From Promethearchaeota archaeon (GTDB lineage: Archaea > Asgardarchaeota > Lokiarchaeia > Sigyniarchaeales > SOKP01), in assembly GCA_029838195.1 (NCBI GenBank), contig JALGVJ010000002.1:1-64000 (forward strand): 64,000 nucleotides of DNA, given 5' to 3'. The notes below the pieces were generated by a model, which saw nothing but the letters and a program-made list of their open reading frames with translations, ran no database searches and was not told where the DNA came from. Positions 10,899 through 22,104 of this stretch are shown in pieces (positions within the stretch are counted from its first letter, which is position 1; each line of letters begins with the position of its first letter). The position numbers and the translations under genes were made by a program.

Positions 10899-11101
10899 GC
10901 TAAGGCAATTAAAAAATTGAATTAAATTTTATTAAATTTGCCCTTAAGCAATGGCAAACTCTCTTGATCTCCAAAAAGTCTTGAAAGGTTTTTTAAACCA
11001 TTTCTTTTGAAGCATTAATATGCTATGTATTACTTTACTAATCATATCCGTTAAAACAATAATTTTTTCATGGGTACAATTAAAAATGAGTAAATGAGGT
11101 A

Positions 11102-12616
11102 ATGAAAGAAAAATTTTTTTTATCCTTTACCTTAAATATTCTTTCTAATTTAATGTATCTAATAAGTGGTTATTTATTGGCATTAAACTTAGAAGTTGCA
11201 TTATTAGGCTTGTGGGTTTTCTTAAATAGTTTAGTAAATTTAGGTTTTTTGTTCATGGATGTAGGATTTGATATAATTCATTATCAGTATTCCGGTAAAA
11301 AAGAATTTGCTAAATATTTTAGTACTTATTTCTCGTTAAAGCTCATTCTATTAATTTTTAATGTGCTTTTTTCTCTTTTATTATTGTTCATTTTTAATTT
11401 TTGGATTAGTTTCATGTTCCTCATATTCTTTCTCATTTTATTAATTTCTAAGATGTTTTATTATTTAAGCAATATTTTTTTGGTTCATTTAAGAGCAAAT
11501 TTAAAGATTTTTAAAGCAGAAACCCCTTCCTTTATTATTATTAGTTTAAAGAGCTTTATCATCATAATTCTGGCTTTAAATCTCTCGATTATCGAAAATC
11601 CGGTTTTATTTTTATGTTATAATAACTTATTCTTTGACATTTTATTAATTCTTATAATCGTATCTTTATCCAAAAAGGAAATTAAGTTTTATAAACCAAA
11701 CTTGAAGTACATGAGAAGTTATATCAATGATGCTAAACCGTTAACCCTTTATTCAATTATATTAGTAATTTCTACTTATTTAGGAGATGTAATTTTAGAT
11801 TATTCTTTTGGTCATGAAACCTTAGCATTTTTTAGCATTGTTAATGGATATATAATTCCCGTCTTATTATTAATTTCGGGGAGCATCATTACAATCTATT
11901 TTTCCTTGTTTTCAAAATACCAAGAAGAAAAGAATATTAACTCCATTACACAAATTACAAGAGTTCTTGAAAAATATTATTCAATAATATTTCTTTTCCT
12001 CATTATCTTTGTATTTTTAAATGGAAAAGAAATGTTTGAGATCTTTTTACCACAATATATCAGCTCAGTACCTATTTTATACATTTTAATATTTATCCCC
12101 TATATTGTGGGGATTTCAAGACCTTATCCCTATATCTTGATTTCAGGAAAAAAACAAGGATTAAATGCTAAGATTAGTACCATTAATTCCCTCTCCATCA
12201 TTTTTTTAATGATTATTTTAATTCCTGAAAAATTATTCCTCCTACCAGGATTTGGATTAGGTGCGATTGGATATGCATTGGCTCAAACGCTTCCTTGGAT
12301 ATTATGGTCAATACTAAATAGATATCATGTCTATAAGTATTTTGGAATAAAAATGAATGGGAATTTGTTTATTCATGTTCTCATGGCCATTGCAACTTTC
12401 TTTACGAGCTACTTCATTAAACAAGTTATTCGCCCCTATATCATGGAACTTTATTCATTAGTGATTATCTCCAGTTGCATGGAATTAATTATTTTTTTAA
12501 TCCTTCTTTTTGTCTTTAAACAATTAAATAAAGATGATATCAAGCTTTTCATGGAATTAATTAAATTAAAAATCTACATGACATCATTTAAAGATGAGTT
12601 TAAACAAGAAAATTAA
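11102..12616 (+). CDS. Oligosaccharide flippase (Wzx/MOP family)
   Basis: About 12-14 TM segments, GLGAIGYALA motif, glycan cluster context. Confidence 0.8.
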   Translation: MKEKFFLSFTLNILSNLMYLISGYLLALNLEVALLGLWVFLNSLVNLGFLFMDVGFDIIHYQYSGKKEFAKYFSTYFSLKLILLIFNVLFSLLLLFIFNFWISFMFLIFFLILLISKMFYYLSNIFLVHLRANLKIFKAETPSFIIISLKSFIIIILALNLSIIENPVLFLCYNNLFFDILLILIIVSLSKKEIKFYKPNLKYMRSYINDAKPLTLYSIILVISTYLGDVILDYSFGHETLAFFSIVNGYIIPVLLLISGSIITIYFSLFSKYQEEKNINSITQITRVLEKYYSIIFLFLIIFVFLNGKEMFEIFLPQYISSVPILYILIFIPYIVGISRPYPYILISGKKQGLNAKISTINSLSIIFLMIILIPEKLFLLPGFGLGAIGYALAQTLPWILWSILNRYHVYKYFGIKMNGNLFIHVLMAIATFFTSYFIKQVIRPYIMELYSLVIISSCMELIIFLILLFVFKQLNKDDIKLFMELIKLKIYMTSFKDEFKQEN

Positions 12617-12707
12617 TAAATCAATTCTTTTTAAACAATTTACCTAATAAAAATAATAATTTCTTATTTAACGATTAAAAATAATTTGAAAAAACTAAGC
12701 TTTACTG

Positions 12708-14555
12708 ATGTGCGGGATCTGTGGATTTAATTGGGAAAATCGAGATTTGTTAAAAAGGATGTGCAAAACATTGGTACATAGAGGCCCAGACGATGAGGGG
12801 CTTTACGTTGATGATCACGTCTCTTTAGGAATGAGGAGACTCTCAATTATCGATTTAAAAACAGGCCATCAACCTCAACACGATGAAGATCAAAAAACAT
12901 GGATTATATTTAATGGTGAAATTTATAACTTTCTTGATTTGAAAGAGGAATTAATTAATAAAGGACATGAATTTTATACATCTTCTGATACGGAAGTAAT
13001 AATTCATTCATATGAAGAATGGGGCTTTGATTGCGTTAAGAAATTTAGAGGCCCTTTCGCCTTTTGTATTTACGATTCGCAAAAAAATCTATTTTTTCTC
13101 GCTCGAGACCACATGGGATTAAAGCCATTATATTATCATTTTGATGGAGAAAATTTTATATTTGGTTCAGAATTAAAAGCGATTTTATGCCATCCTATTA
13201 AAAGAGAATTGAATAAAGCAGCTTTAAACTTGTATTTGTCTTTAAGATATATTCCTTTTGATTGTACGCTAATTAAGAGCATAAAAAAAATTCCTCCTTC
13301 TCATTACATGATATTTGATCTAAAAAAAAAAACCTTTTCTTTAAAAAAATATTGGAATATAAATTTTAAAATAAACCCTACTCAAAATCTCTCTCAATTA
13401 GTATTAGAGTTAAGAAATTTATTAAAAGAAAGTGTTAAGTTAAGATTAATCAGTGATGTGCCACTTGGGGCTTTCCTTTCTGGAGGAATTGATTCTACCT
13501 CTATTGTAGCTTTAATGTCGAGTTTGCTAGATCAACCCGTAAAAACATTTTCCATAGGATTTGAGGAAGGAGCTCCTGTTAATGAAACGCAATATTCTAA
13601 ATTTGTTGCGGAATATTACAATACAGATCATGAGGAAATATTGGTAAAATCCCCAGATATTTCTCTTATCTCTAAAGTGATTTGGCATTTAGATGATTTA
13701 ATTTCTGATGCTGCTATAATTCCTGTTTACTTGATGGCTCAAAATGCTAGAAAGAGAATGACGGTAGCTCTTACAGGAGATGGAGCAGATGAAGTATTTG
13801 CGGGATATTCTATATATTATGCTAGAAAAAATAGAAAAATTTTAAACCACGTTCCTAATTTCTTATTAAATACATTTTCTCAATGTGCTGAAATACTCCC
13901 TTCTTTTAACCTTAAAATATTAAATTCCTATTTAAACACTTCAACTTCGGACGTAGATCATTTTTTACGGGAAATTATTTATATAACGGATGAAGAAAAA
14001 CCATTAGTACTACCTTTTAAATTTCAAAATGTGAGAGAGATGATTAAAAGCAAGATACATGAAAATTTAGATTTTATCAATCAAACATTAAAATGGGATC
14101 AAATTTATCAATTACCTAATCAATATAACATGAAAATTGATAAAATGACCATGGCAGCATCATTAGAAGCGAGAGTTCCTTATCTTGACTGGAAAATAAT
14201 AAATTGGGCGGCGCAAATTCCTCCTCACTATAAAGTTAATAATTCCATTGAAAAATATATCTTGCGTCTTGCGATGAAAGATCTTTTACCAAGAAAAATT
14301 TTAAAAAGAAAAAAAATGGGATTTAGTACACCCGTAAATTTTTGGCTCAGAACGGGGTTAAAAGATCTTTCTAAAGAAATTTTTGATCGGTTATCGAAAA
14401 GAAAAGATATTATTAAGTACAAATACACGAAATTAATAAATAAAAATCGCGAAAAATTATTTCATGTAAATAGAGCATGGAATTTGCTAATGTTTGAACT
14501 CTGGTATGAGACTTTCATGGAATCCGATGGGTTACATCCTGTAAACAATTATTAA
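12708..14555 (+). CDS. asnB: Asparagine synthase (glutamine-hydrolysing)-family amidotransferase, probably glycan amidation
   Basis: N-terminal MCGICG, HRGPD, FNGEIYN, LSGGIDS, TGDGADE. Confidence 0.9.
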   Translation: MCGICGFNWENRDLLKRMCKTLVHRGPDDEGLYVDDHVSLGMRRLSIIDLKTGHQPQHDEDQKTWIIFNGEIYNFLDLKEELINKGHEFYTSSDTEVIIHSYEEWGFDCVKKFRGPFAFCIYDSQKNLFFLARDHMGLKPLYYHFDGENFIFGSELKAILCHPIKRELNKAALNLYLSLRYIPFDCTLIKSIKKIPPSHYMIFDLKKKTFSLKKYWNINFKINPTQNLSQLVLELRNLLKESVKLRLISDVPLGAFLSGGIDSTSIVALMSSLLDQPVKTFSIGFEEGAPVNETQYSKFVAEYYNTDHEEILVKSPDISLISKVIWHLDDLISDAAIIPVYLMAQNARKRMTVALTGDGADEVFAGYSIYYARKNRKILNHVPNFLLNTFSQCAEILPSFNLKILNSYLNTSTSDVDHFLREIIYITDEEKPLVLPFKFQNVREMIKSKIHENLDFINQTLKWDQIYQLPNQYNMKIDKMTMAASLEARVPYLDWKIINWAAQIPPHYKVNNSIEKYILRLAMKDLLPRKILKRKKMGFSTPVNFWLRTGLKDLSKEIFDRLSKRKDIIKYKYTKLINKNREKLFHVNRAWNLLMFELWYETFMESDGLHPVNNY

Positions 14556-14601
14556 CAATGAATTTTTATCAAATTAATAATAATTTTAAGAGGCTTTAAT
14601 C

Positions 14602-15774
14602 ATGAAATTACTTTTTTATTCATTAAATTTCTTACCCAAGGATATAGGTGGCATGGAAATCCAGTTATATCACCTTATTAAAAAATTAAAAAAATATCAT
14701 GAAATCTCATTAGTTTTACCTTCAAGGCACAATATTTTAATCCATGGAGTGCAAACATATCGAATTCCCACTATATTTCCTCATTGGGGGCAAAAAAAAG
14801 AATATCAATTAAAGTCTTTTTTAATAGGTTTTATTTCCCTTCTTTGTAATTCGCTCGCAACAATATTTTATTTCTTTTGGATTTATATGAGAAAGAAAAT
14901 TGATCTTGTAAACGTGTACCAAGGATCCTTATTTGCTACAATTGTATTATTTCTTTCGACCATGTTTAAGAAAAAAACTACTCTTAATTTAAGAGGTCCT
15001 GAAGGGTATTCCACTAAATTTAATCAATTTTTATTAGAAACTTCTATTATTCTTTCCAAATTAATTATAATTAATTCTCCTTCAATGCTTGATTCTTATA
15101 AATCGAAATCTCTCATGTTAAAGCATTTTGCCAATAAAAAAAATGTAATTTATATTCCCAATGGAATAGATGTTCATTTTTGGAGTCCAAACTCAAAAAG
15201 AATTAAAAATGATAAAGATCTCATTTTTGTGGGGAATCTTTTAGATCGTTCCCATATCATTAATAAAGGATTTAAAGTATTATATGACGCAATAATATAC
15301 TTAAAGCAAATTTACTCGCTCTCATTAAAAATTGAAGTTTTAGGAAATCATGACCTAGCATTATTGAAAAAATTAATTTCAAAAGAAATAGAACAGCATT
15401 TTATTTTTAAAGGGCTGATTAGAGATAGAAATGTTTTAAAGAGCGAAATTCAAAAAGCTAAGGTCTTTATTTTATCCTCCCTTTCAGAAGGAATGCCGAA
15501 TAGCTTAATGGAAGCAATGGCACTTGAAATGCCTTGCATTGCTAGTGATGTTGGCGCAGTAAAAAACTTAATTGATGACCGAGTTAATGGCCTACTTTAC
15601 GAGCGTGGAAATTACATTAAATTAGCGAAATTGATATTTGAATTGTTAAAAGATGAAAACCTCCAAAAAAAATTAGGGATGAACGCAAGAAAGAAAATTG
15701 TAAAGTATTATAATCTAGATGATATAATACACAAAAAAATTGAAAAAATTTATCAAAAAATCATTGAAAATTGA
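14602..15774 (+). CDS. Glycosyltransferase family 4
   Basis: IGGME, EGMPNSLMEAMA. Confidence 0.9.
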   Translation: MKLLFYSLNFLPKDIGGMEIQLYHLIKKLKKYHEISLVLPSRHNILIHGVQTYRIPTIFPHWGQKKEYQLKSFLIGFISLLCNSLATIFYFFWIYMRKKIDLVNVYQGSLFATIVLFLSTMFKKKTTLNLRGPEGYSTKFNQFLLETSIILSKLIIINSPSMLDSYKSKSLMLKHFANKKNVIYIPNGIDVHFWSPNSKRIKNDKDLIFVGNLLDRSHIINKGFKVLYDAIIYLKQIYSLSLKIEVLGNHDLALLKKLISKEIEQHFIFKGLIRDRNVLKSEIQKAKVFILSSLSEGMPNSLMEAMALEMPCIASDVGAVKNLIDDRVNGLLYERGNYIKLAKLIFELLKDENLQKKLGMNARKKIVKYYNLDDIIHKKIEKIYQKIIEN

Positions 15775-15865
15775 AAATCATGAAAAGAATTTGAGTATTT
15801 CCTAAGAGTTTTAGAAGATCTCAAAACACTGAAATTAAATTTAATTAATAAAAAAATAAACACTA

Positions 15866-16990
15866 ATGAAAAAAAAAATATTATTTCTCATACCCTCTTT
15901 AGAACTAGGAGGAGGTGCGGAACGAGCCGCTGCTAATTTATCATTAAAGCTATCCAAATTTCATGAAATTAATATTTTAACGTTTCACGATCCGAAAAAT
16001 AAGTATTTCTTTAATGGAAATTATTATACTTTTAAAGAAAATTATAATACGTGGAAAAAGATTTTACGTCCTCTCAAAATATACAAAATAGTCAAAGAAA
16101 TCTCACCTGATTTAATGATCTCTTTCATGGATCATGTTAATTTAATCGTAATTTTAGTTAAATACCTTTTCCGCCTTAAGATTCCTTTAATTATCTCTGT
16201 TAGAGGAAACCCTCAGTTAGCATATGCTAAAAAAAAGTCATATATTAAATTTTTAATTAGATTTTTTTACAACTTTAAAGGAGTAGATACAATTGTCACG
16301 GTTTCTAAAGGAATAGAAAATATCTTAGTAAAAAATTATAATATTAATCCTAAAAAATTGAAAACAATCTATAATGGAATCGATTTAGTTGAAATTAATC
16401 AAAAGAAAAAAGAAAAAATCAAAATCTTACCTGAGCTTTTTAAAAAAGATCAATCAATTAAATTCATTTCCATGGGAAGATTAAGCAAAGAAAAAGGACA
16501 AGTTTATTTATTGAAAGCTTTTAATAAGATAAAAAATGAGCTATCTGATGCAAAATTATTTATGATTGGAGATGGTATTTTAAAAAAAGAATTAGTAAAC
16601 ATGATAAATACGAACAATTTAAAGAATCACGTTTTTCTTTTGGGATTAAGAAAAAATCCCTATAAATATTTACATCGGGCAAGTATTTTCATATTATCCT
16701 CCCTTCATGAAGGATTTCCCATGAGTATTTTAGAAGCAATGGCTTGTGGACTCCCAATCATCTCCACGGACTGTCCTACGGGGCCGCGCGAAATATTAGC
16801 CACGGGAAAATACGGCTTGCTCGTCAAGGTAGGTGATGTTGAAGATCTAGCGAAAAAAATGTTATTTCTTGGCAGTAACCAAACTCTTTGCGAATATTAT
16901 TCCAATCTCTCTCTTAAAAGAGTTAATCACTATAATAATGAAAAAATAATTAAACAATGGATTTCATTAATAGAATTCTGGGTGAAATAA
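15866..16990 (+). CDS. Glycosyltransferase family 4 (paralogue of 9747..10898)
   Basis: GGGAER, EGFPMSILEAMACG, TDCPTGPREIL. Confidence 0.9.
   Translation: MKKKILFLIPSLELGGGAERAAANLSLKLSKFHEINILTFHDPKNKYFFNGNYYTFKENYNTWKKILRPLKIYKIVKEISPDLMISFMDHVNLIVILVKYLFRLKIPLIISVRGNPQLAYAKKKSYIKFLIRFFYNFKGVDTIVTVSKGIENILVKNYNINPKKLKTIYNGIDLVEINQKKKEKIKILPELFKKDQSIKFISMGRLSKEKGQVYLLKAFNKIKNELSDAKLFMIGDGILKKELVNMINTNNLKNHVFLLGLRKNPYKYLHRASIFILSSLHEGFPMSILEAMACGLPIISTDCPTGPREILATGKYGLLVKVGDVEDLAKKMLFLGSNQTLCEYYSNLSLKRVNHYNNEKIIKQWISLIEFWVK
16744..16861 (+). repeat. 118-bp inverted repeat, copy B (partner at 9882-9999)
   Basis: Starts TTGTGGACTCCCAATCATCTCCACGGACTGTCCTACGGGGCCGCGCGAAATATTAGCCA, identical in both GT4 genes. 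Confidence 0.9.
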
Positions 16991-17276
16991 TTTTTTCTGA
17001 TTAATGATATTTGTTTAAATTTCAAGACTTGTTATTCTTACATGATCATGCGAATCTCTGAAACTAGGAAAGTTAAATTTTTGATTTTATATTTCATTGA
17101 TTAAATAAAAATATATTTCCAATTAGAACTAAAAAAATCCTTGAATTAAATTTCACTTCATGATAATGACGTTATAATCCGAAAAAATTATTAAAGTTTA
17201 ATTTCTCATTTCAATTTTAATAAATAGAATGTAAATTACATGGATTTAAATAATAAATAGCTCTTTATCATCAATA

Positions 17277-18410
17277 ATGAAAATACTTCAGGTGAATCCT
17301 TATCCTCCAGAACATTTTGGAGGATCCGAAATATTTTGTAAGAATTTGGCCAACAATCTTTCTAAATATCATGAAATAGAATCAGACATATTAACTTCGG
17401 ATTACTTTCGGAAAAATAGGAGAAATCTCTTGCTAAATAAACACGTGAACGTGATTTATAAACGACTTTATATTAATTTGTGGAATAAAAACCCAATTGT
17501 CAATATTTATCCGTATTTAAGAAAGAATTATCAAAAATATGATATCATTCATGCTCACTCCTATATTTTTTTTACATCTTTTCAATGTGCGCTAATGAGG
17601 AGATTTAGAAAATTTCCTTTTCTACTTCATTTACATGGAGGTATTCAAACACAAACTCATGTTCATTCCAATCTCTCTGAATTGATTCAATTAATAATGA
17701 AAAAGAACTTGTTTGATAAGTCCCTTGGAAAATTCACCATTCAACGCGCAGATGGAATCATCTCCGTTTCAGAAAAAGATCTCAATATTATCCAAAAGCA
17801 ATATACCATTTCCCACAAGAATTGTTATCATGTTCCTAATGGCGTAGATACCGAGATTTTTAAACCGGAAGAGACTCAAGAAAAAAAATATATTACATTT
17901 ATAGGCAGATTAACTTATATAAAAGGTTTTGATATCTTTATTAAAATGATTAAAAAAATTCATAAATTCAACAATACTCTTGAATTTCTAGTCATTGGGG
18001 ATGGCCCTTTAAAAAAATTAATGGATCAAGTAGGAAATTCCATTTCACTAACTCATTTTGTCCGATATCCATATAATTTGATGAAAAAAATATATAATCA
18101 AAGTAAAGTGTTAATTCTGACCTCTAGGTTCGAAGGGGTGCCCACTACAATATTAGAAAGTCTATCATGTGGAACACCGGTAATTTCTACTAATGTTGGA
18201 GGCATTTCTGAGATAATTCAAGATGGAATTAATGGGATTTTATTACCAAATCGTTTAAATTCATTAAATATCTCAAGCATTATGGATTTAATTGAAGATG
18301 AGAAAAAATTAAAGCAATATGGTAAAAAGGGAAGGCAACTCATTTTAGAACATTTTTCATGGAAAAAAATTACAAATCAAATCTTAAAAATTTATGATCA
18401 ATTAATTTAA
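17277..18410 (+). CDS. Glycosyltransferase family 4
   Basis: PPEHFGGSE, EGVPTTILESLSCG. Confidence 0.9.
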   Translation: MKILQVNPYPPEHFGGSEIFCKNLANNLSKYHEIESDILTSDYFRKNRRNLLLNKHVNVIYKRLYINLWNKNPIVNIYPYLRKNYQKYDIIHAHSYIFFTSFQCALMRRFRKFPFLLHLHGGIQTQTHVHSNLSELIQLIMKKNLFDKSLGKFTIQRADGIISVSEKDLNIIQKQYTISHKNCYHVPNGVDTEIFKPEETQEKKYITFIGRLTYIKGFDIFIKMIKKIHKFNNTLEFLVIGDGPLKKLMDQVGNSISLTHFVRYPYNLMKKIYNQSKVLILTSRFEGVPTTILESLSCGTPVISTNVGGISEIIQDGINGILLPNRLNSLNISSIMDLIEDEKKLKQYGKKGRQLILEHFSWKKITNQILKIYDQLI

Positions 18411-18441
18411 TTTTTAAGGCTGTTCTAAATTCGTACTATTT

Positions 18442-19419
18442 TCATGCTTTTTTTAAAAATTGCAGGTATTTCCGTTGCCATTCCCATTGGTATTTAAGAC
18501 CCTCATCAATATTTACTTTCGGAAAATATCCTAGAATCTTTTTGGCTTTTAAGATATCAGAATGAGTAATATTAACATCGCCTTCCTGTTTTTCAGCATG
18601 AGTAAATTTTTTTGGTGTTTTCGAAATTGCATACATTTTTTCCACGAGGTCGTTAATAGAGATTGGATTTGAGCATCCTAAATTAAAGACTTCCCCGGAA
18701 GATCGTTTACTTTCTGCTGCTAAAATTAACCCATTGATAATATCTGAAATATAGGTGAAATCTCGAAGTTGAGTTCCATCTCCATAAATTGTTATTGCTT
18801 CATTCTTAAACATGGCATTAAAAAATTTTCTAATAGCCATATCAGGTCTACCTCTGGGACCATACACTGTATAAAAACGTAAGGAAGTAATGGGTAAACC
18901 TTTTTCACGATAATAATAATCGGCATAAATTTCACCGCAATACTTAGAAATTGCATAAGGAGATATTGGATTTTTAGGATGATTTTCATCTACTGGCGTA
19001 TAGATAGGATTTCCATAAACCGATGAAGAAGATGCATAAATAATTTTTTCCACATTTGTATTTAGAGCAAATTCAAATATATTAAGCGTGCTTTCAATAT
19101 TATTATGAGTTATTTCCGTTGCGTGTGCAATTGAATATCTTACGCCCGCTTGCGCTGCTAAATGAAAAATATAATCCAAGGAATGATTAATCTTCTTAAA
19201 AACAGTCTTGTTTGTTAAATCTTCTTTAAATAATTTAAAATTCTTATTTTCTTGATAATTTTTAGTAATTTCCCGTATATTATAATCTTTTCCTTCATAA
19301 TATTCATTAAAATTATCAATCAATATTAGATAATTATCATGCTTCAACAATTCTTCCGTTAAATGAGAACCGATAAATCCAGCCGCACCTGTAATTAAAA
19401 CTACTTTATTCTCTATCAT
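18442..19419 (-). CDS. NAD-dependent sugar epimerase/dehydratase (UDP-glucuronate 4-epimerase-like)
   Basis: TGAAGFIG, HLAAQAGVRYS, YAISK, YGPRGRPDMA; start placed at MIENK. Confidence 0.9.
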   Translation of the reverse strand: MIENKVVLITGAAGFIGSHLTEELLKHDNYLILIDNFNEYYEGKDYNIREITKNYQENKNFKLFKEDLTNKTVFKKINHSLDYIFHLAAQAGVRYSIAHATEITHNNIESTLNIFEFALNTNVEKIIYASSSSVYGNPIYTPVDENHPKNPISPYAISKYCGEIYADYYYREKGLPITSLRFYTVYGPRGRPDMAIRKFFNAMFKNEAITIYGDGTQLRDFTYISDIINGLILAAESKRSSGEVFNLGCSNPISINDLVEKMYAISKTPKKFTHAEKQEGDVNITHSDILKAKKILGYFPKVNIDEGLKYQWEWQRKYLQFLKKA

Positions 19420-19612
19420 GTGTAAAAGGCAGAACAAAAAATACTAAAAATATTATCGAAAAATTATAATTTATCAAATTAATACTTTTTTACTCCCGTA
19501 TCTTTATAATAGAATTTAATTTTTTACAAATGGGTAAATCCTATAAGAAAATAAAGAAAATTTTATTTGAATAATAAATTTTTAAACATACTTCATAAAA
19601 TCGACATGTATC

Positions 19613-20590
19613 ATGGAAAGCTTTTATCAAAATAAAAAAATTATCGTTACTGGAGCTGCGGGCTTCATCGGAAGTAATCTAACGGATAAATTATTAGAAT
19701 TAGGCGCACGCGTGGTTGGCATTGATAATCTCTTTAATGGCAGGTTAGAAAATTTAAAAGAGGCATTCAAGAATAAGAATTTTGAATTTGTAAAAGGAGA
19801 TATTCGAGATTTGAATTTACTTTTAGACCTCTTTAAAGACGCAGATATTATATATCATGAAGCTGCTTTTACTAGTGTTCCTCAATCCGTTTTGATGCCT
19901 AATACTTGTAACGATGTAAATATCAATGGAGCACTAAATGTTTTAAATTCCGCTCGAATAAGGGATGTTGAATTAGTGGTATTCGCCTCTAGCTCATCTG
20001 TATATGGAGATACTCCTGAATTACCTAAAAGAGAAGATATGAAAAGAGTTCCCATCTCTCCTTACGGTGTAGCAAAATTAGCGTGCGAGTCTTATATGCA
20101 AGTCTTTTATTATCTATATGGAATAAAGACAATTTCACTTCGATATTTTAACGTGTTTGGTCCAAGACAAAAAGATTCTCCCTACAGCGGGGTAATTGCA
20201 ATTTGGTTAGGAAATATTCTAAGAAATGAAGATCTCATCATTTTTGGAGATGGAACTAATTCACGAGACTTTACTTACATAAAAGATGTTATTCAAGCAA
20301 ATTTATTGGCCGGTCAATATGACGCTAAAGGGGAAATTATAAATATAGGGGCGGGATGCCCCATAAATCTTACTAAGCTGGCAAAATTAATGCTTAAAAT
20401 TACAAACAGGGAGAATTTAAACATCATCTATACAGATCCTAGACCAGGTGATATTGTACATAGTTTTGCGGATATAACTTTGGCACGTAAAATACTAAAT
20501 TTTGAACCTAAATTTAATCAAGAACAAGGACTAAGAGACTATATTCAATGGTACATTAAGAATTACAAGGTAAATTTAAAATTTAGTTAA
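19613..20590 (+). CDS. NAD-dependent epimerase (WbpP/GalE-like UDP-hexosamine 4-epimerase)
   Basis: TGAAGFIG, ASSSSVYG, YGVAK, RYFNVFGPRQ. Confidence 0.9.
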   Translation: MESFYQNKKIIVTGAAGFIGSNLTDKLLELGARVVGIDNLFNGRLENLKEAFKNKNFEFVKGDIRDLNLLLDLFKDADIIYHEAAFTSVPQSVLMPNTCNDVNINGALNVLNSARIRDVELVVFASSSSVYGDTPELPKREDMKRVPISPYGVAKLACESYMQVFYYLYGIKTISLRYFNVFGPRQKDSPYSGVIAIWLGNILRNEDLIIFGDGTNSRDFTYIKDVIQANLLAGQYDAKGEIINIGAGCPINLTKLAKLMLKITNRENLNIIYTDPRPGDIVHSFADITLARKILNFEPKFNQEQGLRDYIQWYIKNYKVNLKFS

Positions 20591-20664
20591 ATTGCATCTT
20601 AATGGTTAAGAATTTGGACTATTTATTTTTTCTAATCTTGATAAGTTTCTTCCAACTAAAAATT

Positions 20665-21453
20665 TCAATCAAAAATTTCATAATTATGAGGAATTACCTC
20701 CCCAATTTTTCCTTTTAATAACTTATTATGATTTCCACTAATTCTAAACATTTCAGGAATTTTTCCTATATGTCCAACTTTATTTTCACGTGAAATAAAT
20801 GCTCCAATTATGCCTTCGATGTCATCTACGGCATCTAATCCTTTTTTTATTGATTTTTCAATGTCTTTGCCTTTTACAAGATTGGCGATGTAGGTTGCGG
20901 CTCCATCGGCTAAGGTTGCATTAGGGGCAAAAATGGTAACGGCATCCGCTTCTCCCAAACTAATGGCATGTCCCACTGTTGCAGAACTCGTACCAATACC
21001 TATTGGAGTTTCATCTTTTTTGATTAAAAAACCAATTTCTAAATTTAGAGGATTTTTTCCGGCATAGAGCCCGATTTTGAAATCTTCTTCTGAATCTATT
21101 ACTATCTCTCCCCCATTTTCGATTAATGCGATTCTTGCGGGAGGATAATCTTTATCTTCCCTTTTCATTTCTCTCATCATCAAATCGGCTAAAGCTCCCG
21201 CAACAGTTGCCATGGGGCCAACTTTACATTGTTTTGAACCTTTTATCATTAAATCAATAATTTCTTTACCCGTTCTAATATCAAGAGGGCTAAAAGATTT
21301 ATAGAATTGCTCATTCTTAACAATATATTCTTCTAAAATCTTTCTATGAAAATAAAATGATGTTTTTGCACGCTCGATAGCTTCAAATGACTCTGAAATG
21401 ATGGTTACATCAGATTCTTTTTCCGTAATATGAACTTTATATTTTTTTACCAT
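20665..21453 (-). CDS. UPF0280/ApbE-like protein
   Basis: VGPMATVAGA, ENGGE, TSSATVGHAISLG.ADA. Confidence 0.85.
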   Translation of the reverse strand: MVKKYKVHITEKESDVTIISESFEAIERAKTSFYFHRKILEEYIVKNEQFYKSFSPLDIRTGKEIIDLMIKGSKQCKVGPMATVAGALADLMMREMKREDKDYPPARIALIENGGEIVIDSEEDFKIGLYAGKNPLNLEIGFLIKKDETPIGIGTSSATVGHAISLGEADAVTIFAPNATLADGAATYIANLVKGKDIEKSIKKGLDAVDDIEGIIGAFISRENKVGHIGKIPEMFRISGNHNKLLKGKIGEVIPHNYEIFD

Positions 21454-21557
21454 AATTTCTTAGAACATGCTTTTTTTCTAAATGTTTTAATTTTATAAAA
21501 ATATAAATATACCTTCTCTTATTATTTTATTAGTTAATTACCCAAATTTTTTACATC

Positions 21558-22049
21558 ATGGTAGAGGAGCTTTATAACGCCTTCATTTCAAAAATTAAGC
21601 AAGAATTAAACGCAGACTGCGCTATTGCAAACAAACACGGCATCATTTTGGCTTCAAATATAGAAGAATATTTGCCTAATAAAATCATTTCTCTAAATTT
21701 ACTCGATCTTATTCACGAGCATGAGCATATTGAGAAGGATCTTAATAACGCAGAGATTAAATCCATCATTTTACAGACCGAAGATTTCAATCATATTTTT
21801 CTCTCTAACAACGATTTAATTTTAATCTCAAAGCTACCCATCACCTTGAATACTTTAGAATTTTCCAATAAGGCAAGTAGTTTCTTAATCGAAATTAGTG
21901 AAAACATTAAAAAATCAGAAAAGGGTAAATTTACTGAATTTGATTTCTCAAAAGAAATATCAAAAATAAAGGAAACACTAGAAGACGTGCGATTTAAAAC
22001 AAAAAAATATGATATTATAAAGAAATTAATAAAATACGTTTCAACATAA
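21558..22049 (+). CDS. Roadblock/LC7-like domain protein
   Basis: CAIANKHGIILASN beta-hairpin pattern; directly upstream of a small GTPase. Confidence 0.5.
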   Translation: MVEELYNAFISKIKQELNADCAIANKHGIILASNIEEYLPNKIISLNLLDLIHEHEHIEKDLNNAEIKSIILQTEDFNHIFLSNNDLILISKLPITLNTLEFSNKASSFLIEISENIKKSEKGKFTEFDFSKEISKIKETLEDVRFKTKKYDIIKKLIKYVST

Positions 22050-22104
22050 ATAAAAACTTCCCCTAATCACACGCCATATTATTAAATTGTTAAGGTGATT
22101 CTTT

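Noticed and set aside
10937-10958. TTTGCC-N10-GGCAAA inverted repeat between divergent genes
   Set aside because: A single 6-bp palindrome; could be an operator but cannot be distinguished from chance
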